A stretch of 63,951 nt of DNA, filler included, from Acidimicrobiia bacterium (GTDB taxonomy: Bacteria > Actinomycetota > Acidimicrobiia > Spongiisociales > CAZKJJ01), in NCBI GenBank assembly GCA_046759765.1. It is 6 parts of 6 records of this genome, joined end to end, with 100 filler letters (N's around TTAATTAATTAA, not from the genome) between each part and the next. Parts side by side here need not be neighbours in the genome. Positions count along the whole stretch, not along the records: positions 24,065 to 35,870 come from JBHICV010000067.1; positions 35,971 to 47,651 come from JBHICV010000068.1; 4 more parts are not named here. One strand, given 5' to 3'. The stretch's first letter is position 1. Each line of letters begins with the position of its first letter. Positions 29,816 to 39,724 of this stretch are shown piece after piece. The position numbers and the translations under genes were made by a program. The notes under the pieces are model-generated. The model was not told where the DNA came from. It made no database searches and saw only the letters and a program-made list of their open reading frames with translations.

Positions 29816-30535
29816 ATGGGCCTCCGTCGCGACCAGGGCATCGTTCTGCGCGGCTATCCATTCGGTGAAGCCGACCGGGTGGTCGTGTTCCTGAGTCCCA
29901 ACCACGGCATGGTCCGCGCGGTCGCCAAGGGCGTTCGCAAGACCAAGAGTCGCTTCGGCGGCCGCTTGGAGCCCTTCAATCAGGTGGATCTGGTCCTCTA
30001 CGAAGGGCGGAACCTCGATACCGTCACCCAAGTCACTCCGATTGACGTCTTTCCTCACCTCCGCCAGGACCTGGACAAGGTGACTGTCGCCGGGACCATG
30101 ACCGAGGCCGCAGGTCTCGTTGTCCAGGAGGGGGAGTCGTCCGTCCGTTTGTACCTCCTGCTACAGCGTGGCCTGTACACGCTCGACCGCGAGCCCCTGC
30201 ATCCTGATCTCTTAACGAGCTTCCTGCTGAAGCTGGCCGGAGTCGTCGGAGTGGCTCCTGCGCTGGATCTCTGCGTGTCGTGCGGGCAGGCCGAGCCCCT
30301 GTCGAGCTTCAGCTTCGGGGCAGGGGGAGCGGTCTGCAGCCGTTGCCAGGTGGAGGGAGCCTTCCTGGTCCGCGCCGGGACGATGGAGTACCTGGGCCAG
30401 CTCGCAGCGGCCGACTTCGGCGATCTCCCCGATACCCATGAGGATCTGTCGGCCAGCGCTCAGGGAACCGCCCGCCGGTTCGTCGAATTCCACATCGAAC
30501 GCTCGCTCCGGACTTTGGTCCTACTCGATGTCTGA
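29816..30535 (+). CDS. recO: DNA repair protein RecO
   Basis: GEADRVV, AVAKGVRKTKSRFGGRLEPF, CVSC...CSRC zinc motif. Confidence 0.95.
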   Translation: MGLRRDQGIVLRGYPFGEADRVVVFLSPNHGMVRAVAKGVRKTKSRFGGRLEPFNQVDLVLYEGRNLDTVTQVTPIDVFPHLRQDLDKVTVAGTMTEAAGLVVQEGESSVRLYLLLQRGLYTLDREPLHPDLLTSFLLKLAGVVGVAPALDLCVSCGQAEPLSSFSFGAGGAVCSRCQVEGAFLVRAGTMEYLGQLAAADFGDLPDTHEDLSASAQGTARRFVEFHIERSLRTLVLLDV

Positions 30536-31268
30536 GGAAATGGATCTCTCCCGGCTCGATCTCGAACGTCTGCCGCGCCATGTCGGGATCATCCTCGACG
30601 GCAACGGTCGCTGGGCCCAGCAGCGCAACTTGCCTCGCACGGCCGGGCATCAAGCCGGCGAGGAGGCCCTGTTCGACACCGTCAACGGTGCACTGGACAT
30701 AGGCCTCGAGTGGATGAGTGTCTACACGTTCTCGACCGAGAACTGGTCACGACCACAGGAGGAAGTCGAGTTCCTCATGTGGTTCAACGAGGATCTGCTC
30801 CTCCGCCGCCGCGACGACCTCCACTCCAAAGGCGTACGGATTCTGTTTGCAGGGGAGAGGGACGACCCGCGGATCCCGGACCGCAACAAGCGGCACATGG
30901 CCGAAACGGAAGCGCTAACCGCCGGCAACGAGCGCATGAGCCTGGTCTTTGCCTTCAATTACGGCTCGCGGGTCGAGATCGCCATGGCTGCCCGGGAACT
31001 CGCCGCACGGGTGGCCCAAGGCGAGTTGGACCCGGAGAAGATCACCGACGACGAGCTCAGCGAGGCTCTCTACGTACCTGACATGCCCGATGTAGACATG
31101 GTGATCAGGACTTCAGGCGAGCTAAGGCTTTCCAACTTCCTGCTCTGGCAGGCCGCCTACGCCGAGCTGGTGTTTGTCGACACGCTTTGGCCGGACTTTC
31201 GACGCCAGAACCTGGCCGACTGCATTACGGAGTATCAACACCGGGTGAGAAGGTTCGGAACCGCTTAG
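30528..31268 (+). CDS. uppS: Polyprenyl diphosphate synthase (isoprenyl transferase)
   Basis: PRHVGIILDGNGRWA, FSTENWSRP, FNYGSR, IRTSGELRLSNFLLWQ. Confidence 0.96.
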   Translation: MSEEMDLSRLDLERLPRHVGIILDGNGRWAQQRNLPRTAGHQAGEEALFDTVNGALDIGLEWMSVYTFSTENWSRPQEEVEFLMWFNEDLLLRRRDDLHSKGVRILFAGERDDPRIPDRNKRHMAETEALTAGNERMSLVFAFNYGSRVEIAMAARELAARVAQGELDPEKITDDELSEALYVPDMPDVDMVIRTSGELRLSNFLLWQAAYAELVFVDTLWPDFRRQNLADCITEYQHRVRRFGTA

Positions 31269-31270
31269 GT

Positions 31271-32569
31271 ATGACCGTTTCTCTCGACACCATCGCCAAC
31301 CTCGCCAAGCGCCGCGGCTTCGTATTCTCGGCGTCCGAGATCTATGGCGGCCTGCGCTCCGCCTACGACTACGGGCCGGTGGGCGTGCTTCTGCTCAACA
31401 ACGTCAGGGCGGAGTGGTGGCGGTCGATGGTCCAGTCCCGAGCTGACATAGTCGGCGTCGACTCTGCCATCTTGCAGTCCCGGCGGGTCTGGCAGGCGTC
31501 GGGCCACGAGGCCGGGTTCCACGACCCGCTGGTGGAGTGCACCAACTGCCACATGCGGTACCGACCCGACCAGCTCGAAGACCCCGACCGATGCCCCAAC
31601 TGCGGGGAGAAAGACTCCTTTACGGATCCCAAGCAGTTTCAGCTCATGATGAAGACCTACCTCGGGCCGATCGAGGACGACTCGCACCTCGTCTACCTCC
31701 GCCCCGAGACCGCCCAAGGCATCTTCACCAACTACGAGAACGTGCGCCGAAGCGCGCGGCTGAAACTCCCGTTCGGCATCGCCCAGATCGGACGCTCATT
31801 CCGCAACGAGATCACGCCGGGCCAGTTCGTCTTCCGTACACGTGAGTTCGAGCAGATGGAGATGGAGTACTTCTGCCGGCCCGAAGAGGCAGACGAGTGG
31901 TTCGACTATTGGGTCGATAACCGACGCCGCTGGTATGTCGACCTGGGAATGAGCGACGAGAACTTACGATTCCGTGAACACGATGCCGAAGAGCTCTCCC
32001 ACTATTCGGCGCAGACCGTCGACGTCGAATATCGATTTCCGTGGGGATGGGACGAGCTCGAGGGGATCGCTAACCGGACGGATTACGACCTACGAGCCCA
32101 CACAGAAGCAAGTGGAGAGGATCTCACCTATTACGACCAGGAAGCCGACGAGCGGTTCTTTCCATATGTAATCGAGCCGGCGGCAGGGGCAACCCGCACC
32201 GCCTTTGCCTTCCTGATCGACGCGTATCACGCCGAGGAGGTGCGGGGCGAGACCCGGGTCGTATTGAAGCTCCACCACCGGATCGCGCCGTATCAGGTGG
32301 CGGTTTTACCGCTGTCGAGCAAGCTCGAAGCCGAAGCGGCGAAGGTGGCCGAGATGTTGCGACCCGAGTTTATGGTCGAGTTCGACTCGACCCAGTCGAT
32401 CGGGCGTCGGTATCGCCGCCAGGACGAGATTGGGACGCCGCTAGCGGTCACCTTCGACTTCGATTCCCTGGAAGACAACGCCGTCACGATCCGGGACCGG
32501 GACACGATGGGCCAGGACCGGTTCGCGATCGACCGGTTGGCAGAAGCGCTCGGCGACCGCCTCGCATGA
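31271..32569 (+). CDS. glyQS: Glycine--tRNA ligase (alpha2 type)
   Basis: KRRGF..EIYGG, YLRPETAQG, SFRNEITP, FRTREFEQME, SIGRRYRRQDEIGTP. Confidence 0.96.
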   Translation: MTVSLDTIANLAKRRGFVFSASEIYGGLRSAYDYGPVGVLLLNNVRAEWWRSMVQSRADIVGVDSAILQSRRVWQASGHEAGFHDPLVECTNCHMRYRPDQLEDPDRCPNCGEKDSFTDPKQFQLMMKTYLGPIEDDSHLVYLRPETAQGIFTNYENVRRSARLKLPFGIAQIGRSFRNEITPGQFVFRTREFEQMEMEYFCRPEEADEWFDYWVDNRRRWYVDLGMSDENLRFREHDAEELSHYSAQTVDVEYRFPWGWDELEGIANRTDYDLRAHTEASGEDLTYYDQEADERFFPYVIEPAAGATRTAFAFLIDAYHAEEVRGETRVVLKLHHRIAPYQVAVLPLSSKLEAEAAKVAEMLRPEFMVEFDSTQSIGRRYRRQDEIGTPLAVTFDFDSLEDNAVTIRDRDTMGQDRFAIDRLAEALGDRLA

Positions 32570-32687
32570 GCCGTTCCTCCCAGAATCTGGCAGACAGGCT
32601 CCACACCGCAGTGGCCGATTCATTAGGGTCATCGTGAATCGGCGCGTCATATACGCGCCAGAGCTTTCGCAAAAAGAGGAGAAGCCT

Positions 32688-34025
32688 ATGAAGAAGGCCT
32701 TATGGCTATCGGTGGGGGTTTCATTGATGCTCATCGCCGCGGCGTGTGCCGGGGAGACGGTAACCGAGACGGTGATCGTTGAGGTCACGGTTCCGGGAGA
32801 GGAAATAACCGTTACGGAGACCGTGCTCGTTCCCGCAGAAACCGGTGTGGTGACAGTGCTGGGCACTTGGGGTTCAGAGCAGGAGCAGTTCTCCGCCGCT
32901 TACCAGCCGTTCGTGGAGGAGACCGGCATCGGTGTGGCGTTCGAGGGCACGCGTGACCTCCCAGCTGTTCTGACCACTCGCCTAGCTGCGGGTAATCCGC
33001 CCGATCTGGCGATCATTCCGAATCCAGGTCAGATGATCGAGCTCCAGGCAGAAGGGGCCCTGGTGGATCTCAGCACGGTGCTGGACATGGAGTACATGAC
33101 CGCCAACTACACGCCGGGTATCCTCGAGACCGGCTCGGTCGGCGGCACGCTGTACGGCCTGCCGTTCAAGCTCGATGTGAAGAGCTGGGTCTGGTACGTT
33201 CCGGCAAACTTCGAGGCGGCCGGGTACACCGTCCCCACCACCTGGGACGAGATGATCGCCCTCTCGGATCAGATCGTGGCCGACGGGGGAACGCCCTGGT
33301 GCATGGGATTCGAGTCGGCGGCGGCCAGCGGTTGGCCGGGCACTGACTGGATCGAAGCGATCATGCTTCGGACCGTGGGACTAGACACCTATTTCCAGTG
33401 GACTAATCACGAGATCCCCTGGACCGACCCCGCTGTGGTGGCGGCGTGGGAAGAGTTCGGGAAAGTCACGCAGACCGAGGGCTATGTCTTCGGTGGAACC
33501 ACGGGTGCCGTCTCGACGAACTTCATCGTTGCAGCCGCGCCCTTGTTTACTGATCCGCCGGGGTGCTACATGCATAGTCAGGCGCTGTTCATCAAGGGCG
33601 AGTTCCCAGACGATGCTGTTCCTGTGGAGGACTACAACAACTTCCAGCTGCCGGCTATAAACCCGGAGTTTGGTGAGCCGTCCCTCTACGCGGGCGACAT
33701 CGTGATCATGTTCAACAACACTCCGAACGCGGCGGCCTTCATGAATTACCTGGCGACTGATGTGCCTCAGGACATTTGGGCGGCTACCGGAACCGGGATC
33801 TTCCCCAACGCTGACCCGGCCGTCTATCCCGATCCGTTCTTCGGCAAGGCCGGCGACCATGTGGCCACCGCCGCGGTGGGCGCCTTTGACGGAGGCGACC
33901 TGATGCCGTCGGCGGTTGGTGGTGGAACCTTCTGGTCCGGCGTCATGGACTTCGTCGCCGGTGAGTCCCTTAGCTCCGTTCTCGACACGATCGAGACGAG
34001 TGCGGTGGAGGCTTACGGAGGCTGA
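32688..34025 (+). CDS. Sugar ABC substrate-binding lipoprotein (alpha-glucoside AglE-like)
   Basis: Lipobox LIAAAC, GNPPDLAIIPNPG, KSWVWY, WCMGFESAAASGWPGTDWIE, FDGGDLMP. Confidence 0.88.
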   Translation: MKKALWLSVGVSLMLIAAACAGETVTETVIVEVTVPGEEITVTETVLVPAETGVVTVLGTWGSEQEQFSAAYQPFVEETGIGVAFEGTRDLPAVLTTRLAAGNPPDLAIIPNPGQMIELQAEGALVDLSTVLDMEYMTANYTPGILETGSVGGTLYGLPFKLDVKSWVWYVPANFEAAGYTVPTTWDEMIALSDQIVADGGTPWCMGFESAAASGWPGTDWIEAIMLRTVGLDTYFQWTNHEIPWTDPAVVAAWEEFGKVTQTEGYVFGGTTGAVSTNFIVAAAPLFTDPPGCYMHSQALFIKGEFPDDAVPVEDYNNFQLPAINPEFGEPSLYAGDIVIMFNNTPNAAAFMNYLATDVPQDIWAATGTGIFPNADPAVYPDPFFGKAGDHVATAAVGAFDGGDLMPSAVGGGTFWSGVMDFVAGESLSSVLDTIETSAVEAYGG

Positions 34026-34045
34026 CCGAAACCAACAGCTAACAA

Positions 34046-34073
34046 GAGAGAGGGCCCTCCGGGGCCCTCTCTC
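34046..34073 (+). terminator. Perfect hairpin after the SBP gene
   Basis: GAGAGAGGGCCC-TCCG-GGGCCCTCTCTC, 12-bp stem, no U-tract. Confidence 0.65.
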
Positions 34074-34132
34074 ATCGGGCGAGCCCGGGAGCCGTTTGCT
34101 AGGTTCGCGGGCGGTGGCTGGAAGACGGGCTC

Positions 34133-35311
34133 GTGGGTGACATCGTCGAACGGATCGGCTCGGCGTTGCTGGCCGTACTTGTCGGCTCTGGCTTCGTCCT
34201 GCTGATCTACGTCCTGGGCGATCTGCTGCTGCAACGGGTCTTCTCCGATCGAACCCAGGCCAAGTTGCGACCGTGGCTGTGGGTCGGACCCACGATCATT
34301 CTCCTGGCGGTATTTCTCGTCTATCCCGTGATCGACACGGTGAGGAGGAGTTTCCTAGACGATCGCTCGCAAGAGGGTGTCGGTTTCGAGAACTACGAAT
34401 GGGCCTTCACTTCGCCGGAGATGCTGAACGCCTTCCGCAACAACCTGTTCTGGTTGGTGATATTCACAGTCGGGGTGATTCTGCTGGCGATTGGGATCGC
34501 TGTTCTTGCGGACCGGGTGCGGTATGAGTCGGCGGTCAAGAGCACCGTGTTTCTGCCCATGGCGATCTCGTTTGTAGGCGCCTCGGTGATCTGGAGATTC
34601 GTCTATGAGTTCAGGCCCGAGGGGGCCGCTCAGATCGGCATCGCCAACGCCGTTCTCGTTCCTTTAGCTCAATTCGCTCGGGATGCCGAGACGTTCTTCA
34701 GCACCGCTCGCTGGGTGTTCTTGTTTCTCGGCATCGCCTTTCTCCTGGTGGGCTATGCAGCCGGCCGGCAGGCAGCAGGAAGAGGGCGCGGTTGGACGAT
34801 TGGGGGAGGAGTACTTCTCTTCTTCGCCTTTGGGCTATTCCTCTTCTACGGGTTCGCCACATGGGAGATTCCCGTCGGCTGGCTCGTCAACAAGGCGATC
34901 AACAACTTTGCTCTCATCGGGGTTGGTATCTGGGTCTGGGTCGGCTTCGCCGTTGTGATCCTGTCCGCGGCAATCAAAAATGTGCCGGAGGAGCTCCTCG
35001 AGGCCGCTCGGGTCGACGGAGCCACCGAGTGGACGGTCTTCCGTCGGGTGACCATTCCGATGATCAAGGTGACCATCGCGGTGGTGACCACGACCATGGT
35101 CATCAACGTTCTCAAAGTGTTCGACATCGTTTTCGTGATGACCAACGGGAACTTCGACACCGAAGTGCTGGCCAACCGCATGTACAAGGAGATGTTCAAT
35201 TTCACCAACTTCGGTAGGGGGGCTGCCGTCGCCGTGATCCTTTTCCTCGCCGTCGTGCCGGTGATGGTGTGGAACATTCGCCGCTTCCGTGAGCAGGAGT
35301 TGATCCGATGA
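34133..35311 (+). CDS. Sugar ABC permease (AglF-like)
   Basis: FLPMAISFVGASVIW, EAA loop ELLEAARVDGA, LKVFDIV. Confidence 0.9.
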   Translation: MGDIVERIGSALLAVLVGSGFVLLIYVLGDLLLQRVFSDRTQAKLRPWLWVGPTIILLAVFLVYPVIDTVRRSFLDDRSQEGVGFENYEWAFTSPEMLNAFRNNLFWLVIFTVGVILLAIGIAVLADRVRYESAVKSTVFLPMAISFVGASVIWRFVYEFRPEGAAQIGIANAVLVPLAQFARDAETFFSTARWVFLFLGIAFLLVGYAAGRQAAGRGRGWTIGGGVLLFFAFGLFLFYGFATWEIPVGWLVNKAINNFALIGVGIWVWVGFAVVILSAAIKNVPEELLEAARVDGATEWTVFRRVTIPMIKVTIAVVTTTMVINVLKVFDIVFVMTNGNFDTEVLANRMYKEMFNFTNFGRGAAVAVILFLAVVPVMVWNIRRFREQELIR

Positions 35312-35870
35312 CTGCGGAAGCAACGACCGCTGCGCCGAACGGCGGAGGCGGCGAGCGCTGGCGCAACCGCATCAAGCGCGTCCCGACCCATGCTGTTCTC
35401 ATCGTCATGGCGGTCATCTGGGTTGTGCCGACGATCGGCCTCCTGATCAGCTCGATCCGCCAGAAGGACGACATTCTCAGCTCTGGCTGGTGGACGGTCC
35501 TGTCACAACCGTTCGACTTCACCCAGTACACGCTGGAGAATTACGACACAGTTATCTTCGACTCCGGCCTCGGGCAGGCGTTCTTGAACAGTCTGACGAT
35601 TGCCATCCCGGGGACCATCATCCCGATCACCGTGGCCGCCTTCGCCGGTTATGCGTTCGCCTGGCTGGACTTCCGCGGCAAGTACATCCTGTTTGTGATC
35701 GTCGTCGGGCTCTTGGTCGTGCCGCTGCAGATGACCCTCATTCCCATCCTGACGCTCTTCAACAATCTCGGGCTCTCCGGCGAGTTCCTGTCCGTGTGGC
35801 TGGCACATGCGGGATATGGGCTGCCTTTTGCAATCTTCTTGCTAACCGCTTTCATCGCCGCCTTACCCAA
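35308..35870 (+). CDS. Sugar ABC permease (AglG-like), 3'-truncated
   Basis: PTIGLLISS, SGWW, TLENY, AGYAFAW, VPLQMTLIP. Confidence 0.9.
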
Positions 35871-35970
35871 NNNNNNNNNNNNNNNNNNNNNNNNNNNNNN
35901 NNNNNNNNNNNNNNTTAATTAATTAANNNNNNNNNNNNNNNNNNNNNNNNNNNNNNNNNNNNNNNNNNNN
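35871..35970. other. Artificial contig linker
   Basis: N44-TTAATTAATTAA-N44. Confidence 0.99.
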
Positions 35971-36075
35971 TCTGTGGACGACCTTCGGAAACGGTACGGC
36001 AGGTCCATCGTGCGACCTGCTTCGTTCGATCCGAGTAGGGAACACTGGTTGACAAGGCTTCCCCGGAGAGACTGA
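35971..36075 (+). CDS. C-terminal tail of a probable DinB/Y-family polymerase
   Basis: Manual translation SVDDLRKRYGRSIVRPASFDP...RD* resembles the D.IR.RFG...V..AS tail of DinB; only 34 codons visible. Confidence 0.5.
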   Translation, partial: SVDDLRKRYGRSIVRPASFDPSREHWLTRLPRRD

Positions 36076-36117
36076 AGCCCCTAGCCAGGCTGCCAACACT
36101 GCGCTAAGAGTTACTCG

Positions 36118-36855
36118 ATGATCTTTGTGCTGATACCTGCTTTCAATGAAGCAGGGCGTCTCAAAGAGCTGTTGCCGGGCATTCCCGACTCGGTCGACGA
36201 CTCGGCGGTACGCACCATCGTCATCAGCGACGGATCAACGGATGGAACGCCGGAGATCGCCGCCGAGTTGGGAGCAGAAGTGATCGCCCTGCCGTCGAAT
36301 CGGGGCAAGGGCGCCGCGCTACGCAAGGGAGCGGCCGCGCTTGAGAACCGCGCCTTGGACTGCGTCGTGCTCATGGATGGAGACGGTCAACACGACCCCA
36401 GCTTCCTCTCCTCCGTCGTCGCACCCGTCCTTTCCGGGGACTACCACGTCGTAGTTGGATCGCGCTATCTCGATGATCCAAAACGAGGTGCGACACCTCG
36501 CAACCGATATCTCGTACGCAGGCTTGTGACCTGGTATCTGCGGCGGCGGCTATCCCAGCCCGTGACCGACCCGTTCTCCGGGTACCGGTGTCTGTCCCAA
36601 TTTGCCTTCGACACCATCAGCCTCCGTGGCAACGAGTACGAGGGAGAGCTCGAGATGCGGTTCGAAGCCGAGATTCATGGCCTCGAGCTCGAAGAGGTCC
36701 CAATACCAAGGGTCTACATGGACAACTTCTCGAAAATGGGTAGCCATGGAGGCCCGCTGGTCGGCCGACTTCGAGCGATTGGGCAGTACGTGCGGACGAT
36801 CGTCCGCAAACGCAGAGAGCTAGCTTCAGCCACACGGTCCGCCGTCGCCGCATGA
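36118..36855 (+). CDS. Glycosyltransferase family 2 (DPM1-like)
   Basis: IPAFNEA, SDGSTDGT, NRGKGAA, MDGDGQHDP, VVGSRY, DPFSGYR. Confidence 0.92.
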   Translation: MIFVLIPAFNEAGRLKELLPGIPDSVDDSAVRTIVISDGSTDGTPEIAAELGAEVIALPSNRGKGAALRKGAAALENRALDCVVLMDGDGQHDPSFLSSVVAPVLSGDYHVVVGSRYLDDPKRGATPRNRYLVRRLVTWYLRRRLSQPVTDPFSGYRCLSQFAFDTISLRGNEYEGELEMRFEAEIHGLELEEVPIPRVYMDNFSKMGSHGGPLVGRLRAIGQYVRTIVRKRRELASATRSAVAA

Positions 36856-37568
36856 GGAGTCGGGTGTCAGAGGAGCAGGAAGCCAAGCTGCTCGTCGAGT
36901 TCGAGGAGCTCGTCGCCACTGACCAGCTCCCTCGCGAAGGCGAAGGCTTCATGGACCGGGTGTCCCAGATGGTCGACGGTTTCCTCGGCAGCGGACGGTT
37001 CACGGTGGCGGAGGATCCGTTCCGGGGCCGCGACAGGGAGCTGGCGGAGAGCTCTCATCTCTTCTATGTCATGTTCTGGCGCATGTTCGACCAAACGCCG
37101 GCCGCTCTCATGCAGGACTTTGCCATCAAGCTCCGCCGGATCCTGGCGGCCAAGGTCTTCCGGAGCGTCGGAGTCGATCCCGTGTTCCACCACAAAGTGC
37201 TCTTCAGCTCCGGCCGCAACATCTCCATCGGGAACGGCGTATTCGTGAACCGGTACGTGATGCTCGATGACCGGGCGCCGATCGAAATCGGCGACCACAC
37301 GATGATTGCCGCCGGCGTGATCATCGAGACTCACAGGCACGTGATCGACGACTTCTCTCAACCGATGCCGCTGGGTGGCAGAACGACCGAGCCCGTAAAG
37401 ATCGGTAGCAACTGTCTCATTGGCTACAACGCCGTGATCACAGCAGGTACGACAATCGGCGACAGAGCCGTTGTTGCTTCAAACGCGGTAGTGACCCACG
37501 ACGTCGGGGATCGACAGGCTGTTGGAGGAGTACCGGCCCGCCTCATCAAGGTCATCGAGCCAAGGTGA
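36852..37568 (+). CDS. Hexapeptide-repeat acyltransferase
   Basis: ISIGNGVFVN, IEIGDHTMIAAGV, VKIGSNCLIG, VGGVPARLIK. Confidence 0.88.
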   Translation: MRSRVSEEQEAKLLVEFEELVATDQLPREGEGFMDRVSQMVDGFLGSGRFTVAEDPFRGRDRELAESSHLFYVMFWRMFDQTPAALMQDFAIKLRRILAAKVFRSVGVDPVFHHKVLFSSGRNISIGNGVFVNRYVMLDDRAPIEIGDHTMIAAGVIIETHRHVIDDFSQPMPLGGRTTEPVKIGSNCLIGYNAVITAGTTIGDRAVVASNAVVTHDVGDRQAVGGVPARLIKVIEPR

Positions 37569-37613
37569 CCTTGATCTCGGGCGCTTGACGAGCTCGGGTA
37601 CCCTCCCTTCGCA

Positions 37614-38492
37614 GTGCGCACTCCCCTCTCGAAACTGGCTGCTGTCACAGCAGTCGCTACCTATTTGCTGATCGTTCTGGGGGCCGTGGTGCGGGCCACG
37701 GGCTCAGGTCTCGGCTGCCCCGACTGGCCCACCTGTCACGGCCGCTGGATTCCTCCCTTCGAACGGGAAGCCCTGATTGAGTACTCCCACCGGAGCTTGG
37801 CCGTGATAGTTGGCGCCCTCGTCGTCGCGATATTGATCACAGCTTGGCGATCGCGCCGGCTCGATCGCCGTTCCTGGCAGCTGGCACTTGCCTCGTTTGG
37901 ACTGCTGCTGGTCCAGGCTTGGCTCGGTCGCCAGGTCGTGCTCACCGAGCTCTCGCCAGCCTTGGTGACCGTCCACCTTGGAACTGCAATGACCTTGCTG
38001 GCGATACTGCTGCTAATAGCACTGCCACACGCAAGACCGGAACCCCAACCTCGACTGGCCTGGCGCTATTGGGCGGCCGTCGGAGGCGTCCTGGCCGTGA
38101 TCTTGGCCGGTGCACTCGTTCGCGGAGCGGGAGCCGGTCCCGCCTTCGGAGACTGGCCGCTCATGGATGGCTCCCTCATACCCTCGGGTCTCGACCGTTC
38201 ACTCCGAGCCCTCCACTTCCTGCACCGGACCGTCGCGCTGGTCGTCGGTATCTATCTCGTCTACTTGTTGGTCTTTCTCCGCAGGTCCGAAGGGCTACCA
38301 AGGACACTCGCCTCAGCGATCGGTCTCTATCTACTTCAGGCCTCGATCGGCGCGGCCGCCGTCTGGACGGTTCTGGCGCCGTGGACCGTAGTGAGCCACG
38401 TGGCAGTGGGGTCGCTCACCTGGGCTTTTGCCTTTCTGCTCCCCTTCTCCCGTTCACTGGCGCGAGAACGGTTGGTAAGCACTGAGAGCTGA
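37614..38492 (+). CDS. ctaA: Heme A synthase (COX15/CtaA)
   Basis: GSGLGCPDWPTC, IEYSHR, VTVHLG, HFLHR, multiple TM helices. Confidence 0.9.
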   Translation: MRTPLSKLAAVTAVATYLLIVLGAVVRATGSGLGCPDWPTCHGRWIPPFEREALIEYSHRSLAVIVGALVVAILITAWRSRRLDRRSWQLALASFGLLLVQAWLGRQVVLTELSPALVTVHLGTAMTLLAILLLIALPHARPEPQPRLAWRYWAAVGGVLAVILAGALVRGAGAGPAFGDWPLMDGSLIPSGLDRSLRALHFLHRTVALVVGIYLVYLLVFLRRSEGLPRTLASAIGLYLLQASIGAAAVWTVLAPWTVVSHVAVGSLTWAFAFLLPFSRSLARERLVSTES

Positions 38493-38511
38493 CAGCTGAT
38501 AGCTGACGGCT
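38482..38511. repeat. Heptamer tandem repeat (CTGAnnG)
   Basis: CTGAGAG CTGACAG CTGATAG CTGACGG; overlaps the ctaA stop codon. Confidence 0.65.
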
Positions 38512-38528
38512 TGAGTTCTAGGGTGCCG

Positions 38529-39716
38529 GTGGTGACTCGAATTCTCTATCAAGATGCTGCCCTCGCCGACGGGCGCTCGGACACCCTGCGACTCGGCGTG
38601 AGTGTTACGGTCGAGGACGGCCGCATCATCGCAATCACCGAGGGCCAGGAGGCCGATCCGGGCAGAGACACGAAGGTCATCGACGCCGGCGGTACGACGA
38701 TTGTCCCCGGCATGGTCGACGCCCACAGCCATGTGACCCTGTCCGGAGGCTCGCATTGGATCGACCGCGGTCTGGACGAAACCGAGGAACTACTAGGGGT
38801 TGCCGAGCACAACGCCGAGCTCCTGAACCAGGCGGGAGTTCGGTGGGCACGTGATGTCGGAGCCCCCCGAAGGCTATTCAACGGGCGAGAACGAGCTCTG
38901 AGCCTGGAGGTACGCGAGCGCTGGAGCGAAAGACGCGACCGCCCTTATCTGCGAGCCGCCGGTACATGGCTCACAGTCTCGGACTTTCTGCCGGCCGGAC
39001 TGACGGTCGAGGTCAAGGACGGTGAAGCGCTTCTCGAAGCGGCTCTTCAGCAACTCGAGGAAGGTGCCGACCTCCTCAAGCTCTACCTCGACGGGCCGAA
39101 CTCGGACACTTCGCCGTTCACAGCCGCGGAGGTGAATCGGGTCGTAGAGAACGCCCATGAACGCGACGCCAAGGTCACTGCGCATACCACCAAGCTCGAC
39201 GGAGCCCGTGTCGCTGCCGAGGGACGAGTTGATTCAATCGAACACGGGATGGAGCTCGACCGGGATGTCGCTCGAGATATGGCGACACACGGAATCGCCT
39301 TGGTCTCGACGCTGACGGTGCTCCGGTCTTGGATCACGTTCGGGCAGACGACGACACTTCCGCGGTTTGCCGAAGAAGAAGGGCGCCTGGCCATCCAGGA
39401 GCGGTACGAGCGTGCCCAGAAGAGCGTAAGCATCGCTCACTCGGAGAACGTCGCCATCGCCGCTGGCACCGATTTCGGAGGAGGGTCAGCGCGCGCCAAT
39501 CAGCTCGCATGGGAGGTCGAATCCCTTGTGAAGGCCGGGCTCAAACCCTGGGAAGGATTGGCCGCGGCCACCTGGCGAGGCGGCGAGCTGCTGGGCGAGC
39601 CCGACGCCGGAGTCGTACGAGAAGGAGGTCCGGCGGACTTCTTTCTCGTCCATGGTGATCCCTTGTCGGATCCATCCGCGCTATGGCGAGTCTGGCGGGT
39701 GGCCTGGCTCGATTAA
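38529..39716 (+). CDS. Metal-dependent amidohydrolase (prolidase-like subgroup)
   Basis: PGMVDAHSH, LKLY, VTAHT, SIEHG, AGTDFG, ADFFLVHGDP; start uncertain. Confidence 0.88.
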   Translation: MVTRILYQDAALADGRSDTLRLGVSVTVEDGRIIAITEGQEADPGRDTKVIDAGGTTIVPGMVDAHSHVTLSGGSHWIDRGLDETEELLGVAEHNAELLNQAGVRWARDVGAPRRLFNGRERALSLEVRERWSERRDRPYLRAAGTWLTVSDFLPAGLTVEVKDGEALLEAALQQLEEGADLLKLYLDGPNSDTSPFTAAEVNRVVENAHERDAKVTAHTTKLDGARVAAEGRVDSIEHGMELDRDVARDMATHGIALVSTLTVLRSWITFGQTTTLPRFAEEEGRLAIQERYERAQKSVSIAHSENVAIAAGTDFGGGSARANQLAWEVESLVKAGLKPWEGLAAATWRGGELLGEPDAGVVREGGPADFFLVHGDPLSDPSALWRVWRVAWLD

Positions 39717-39724
39717 CACACCAC

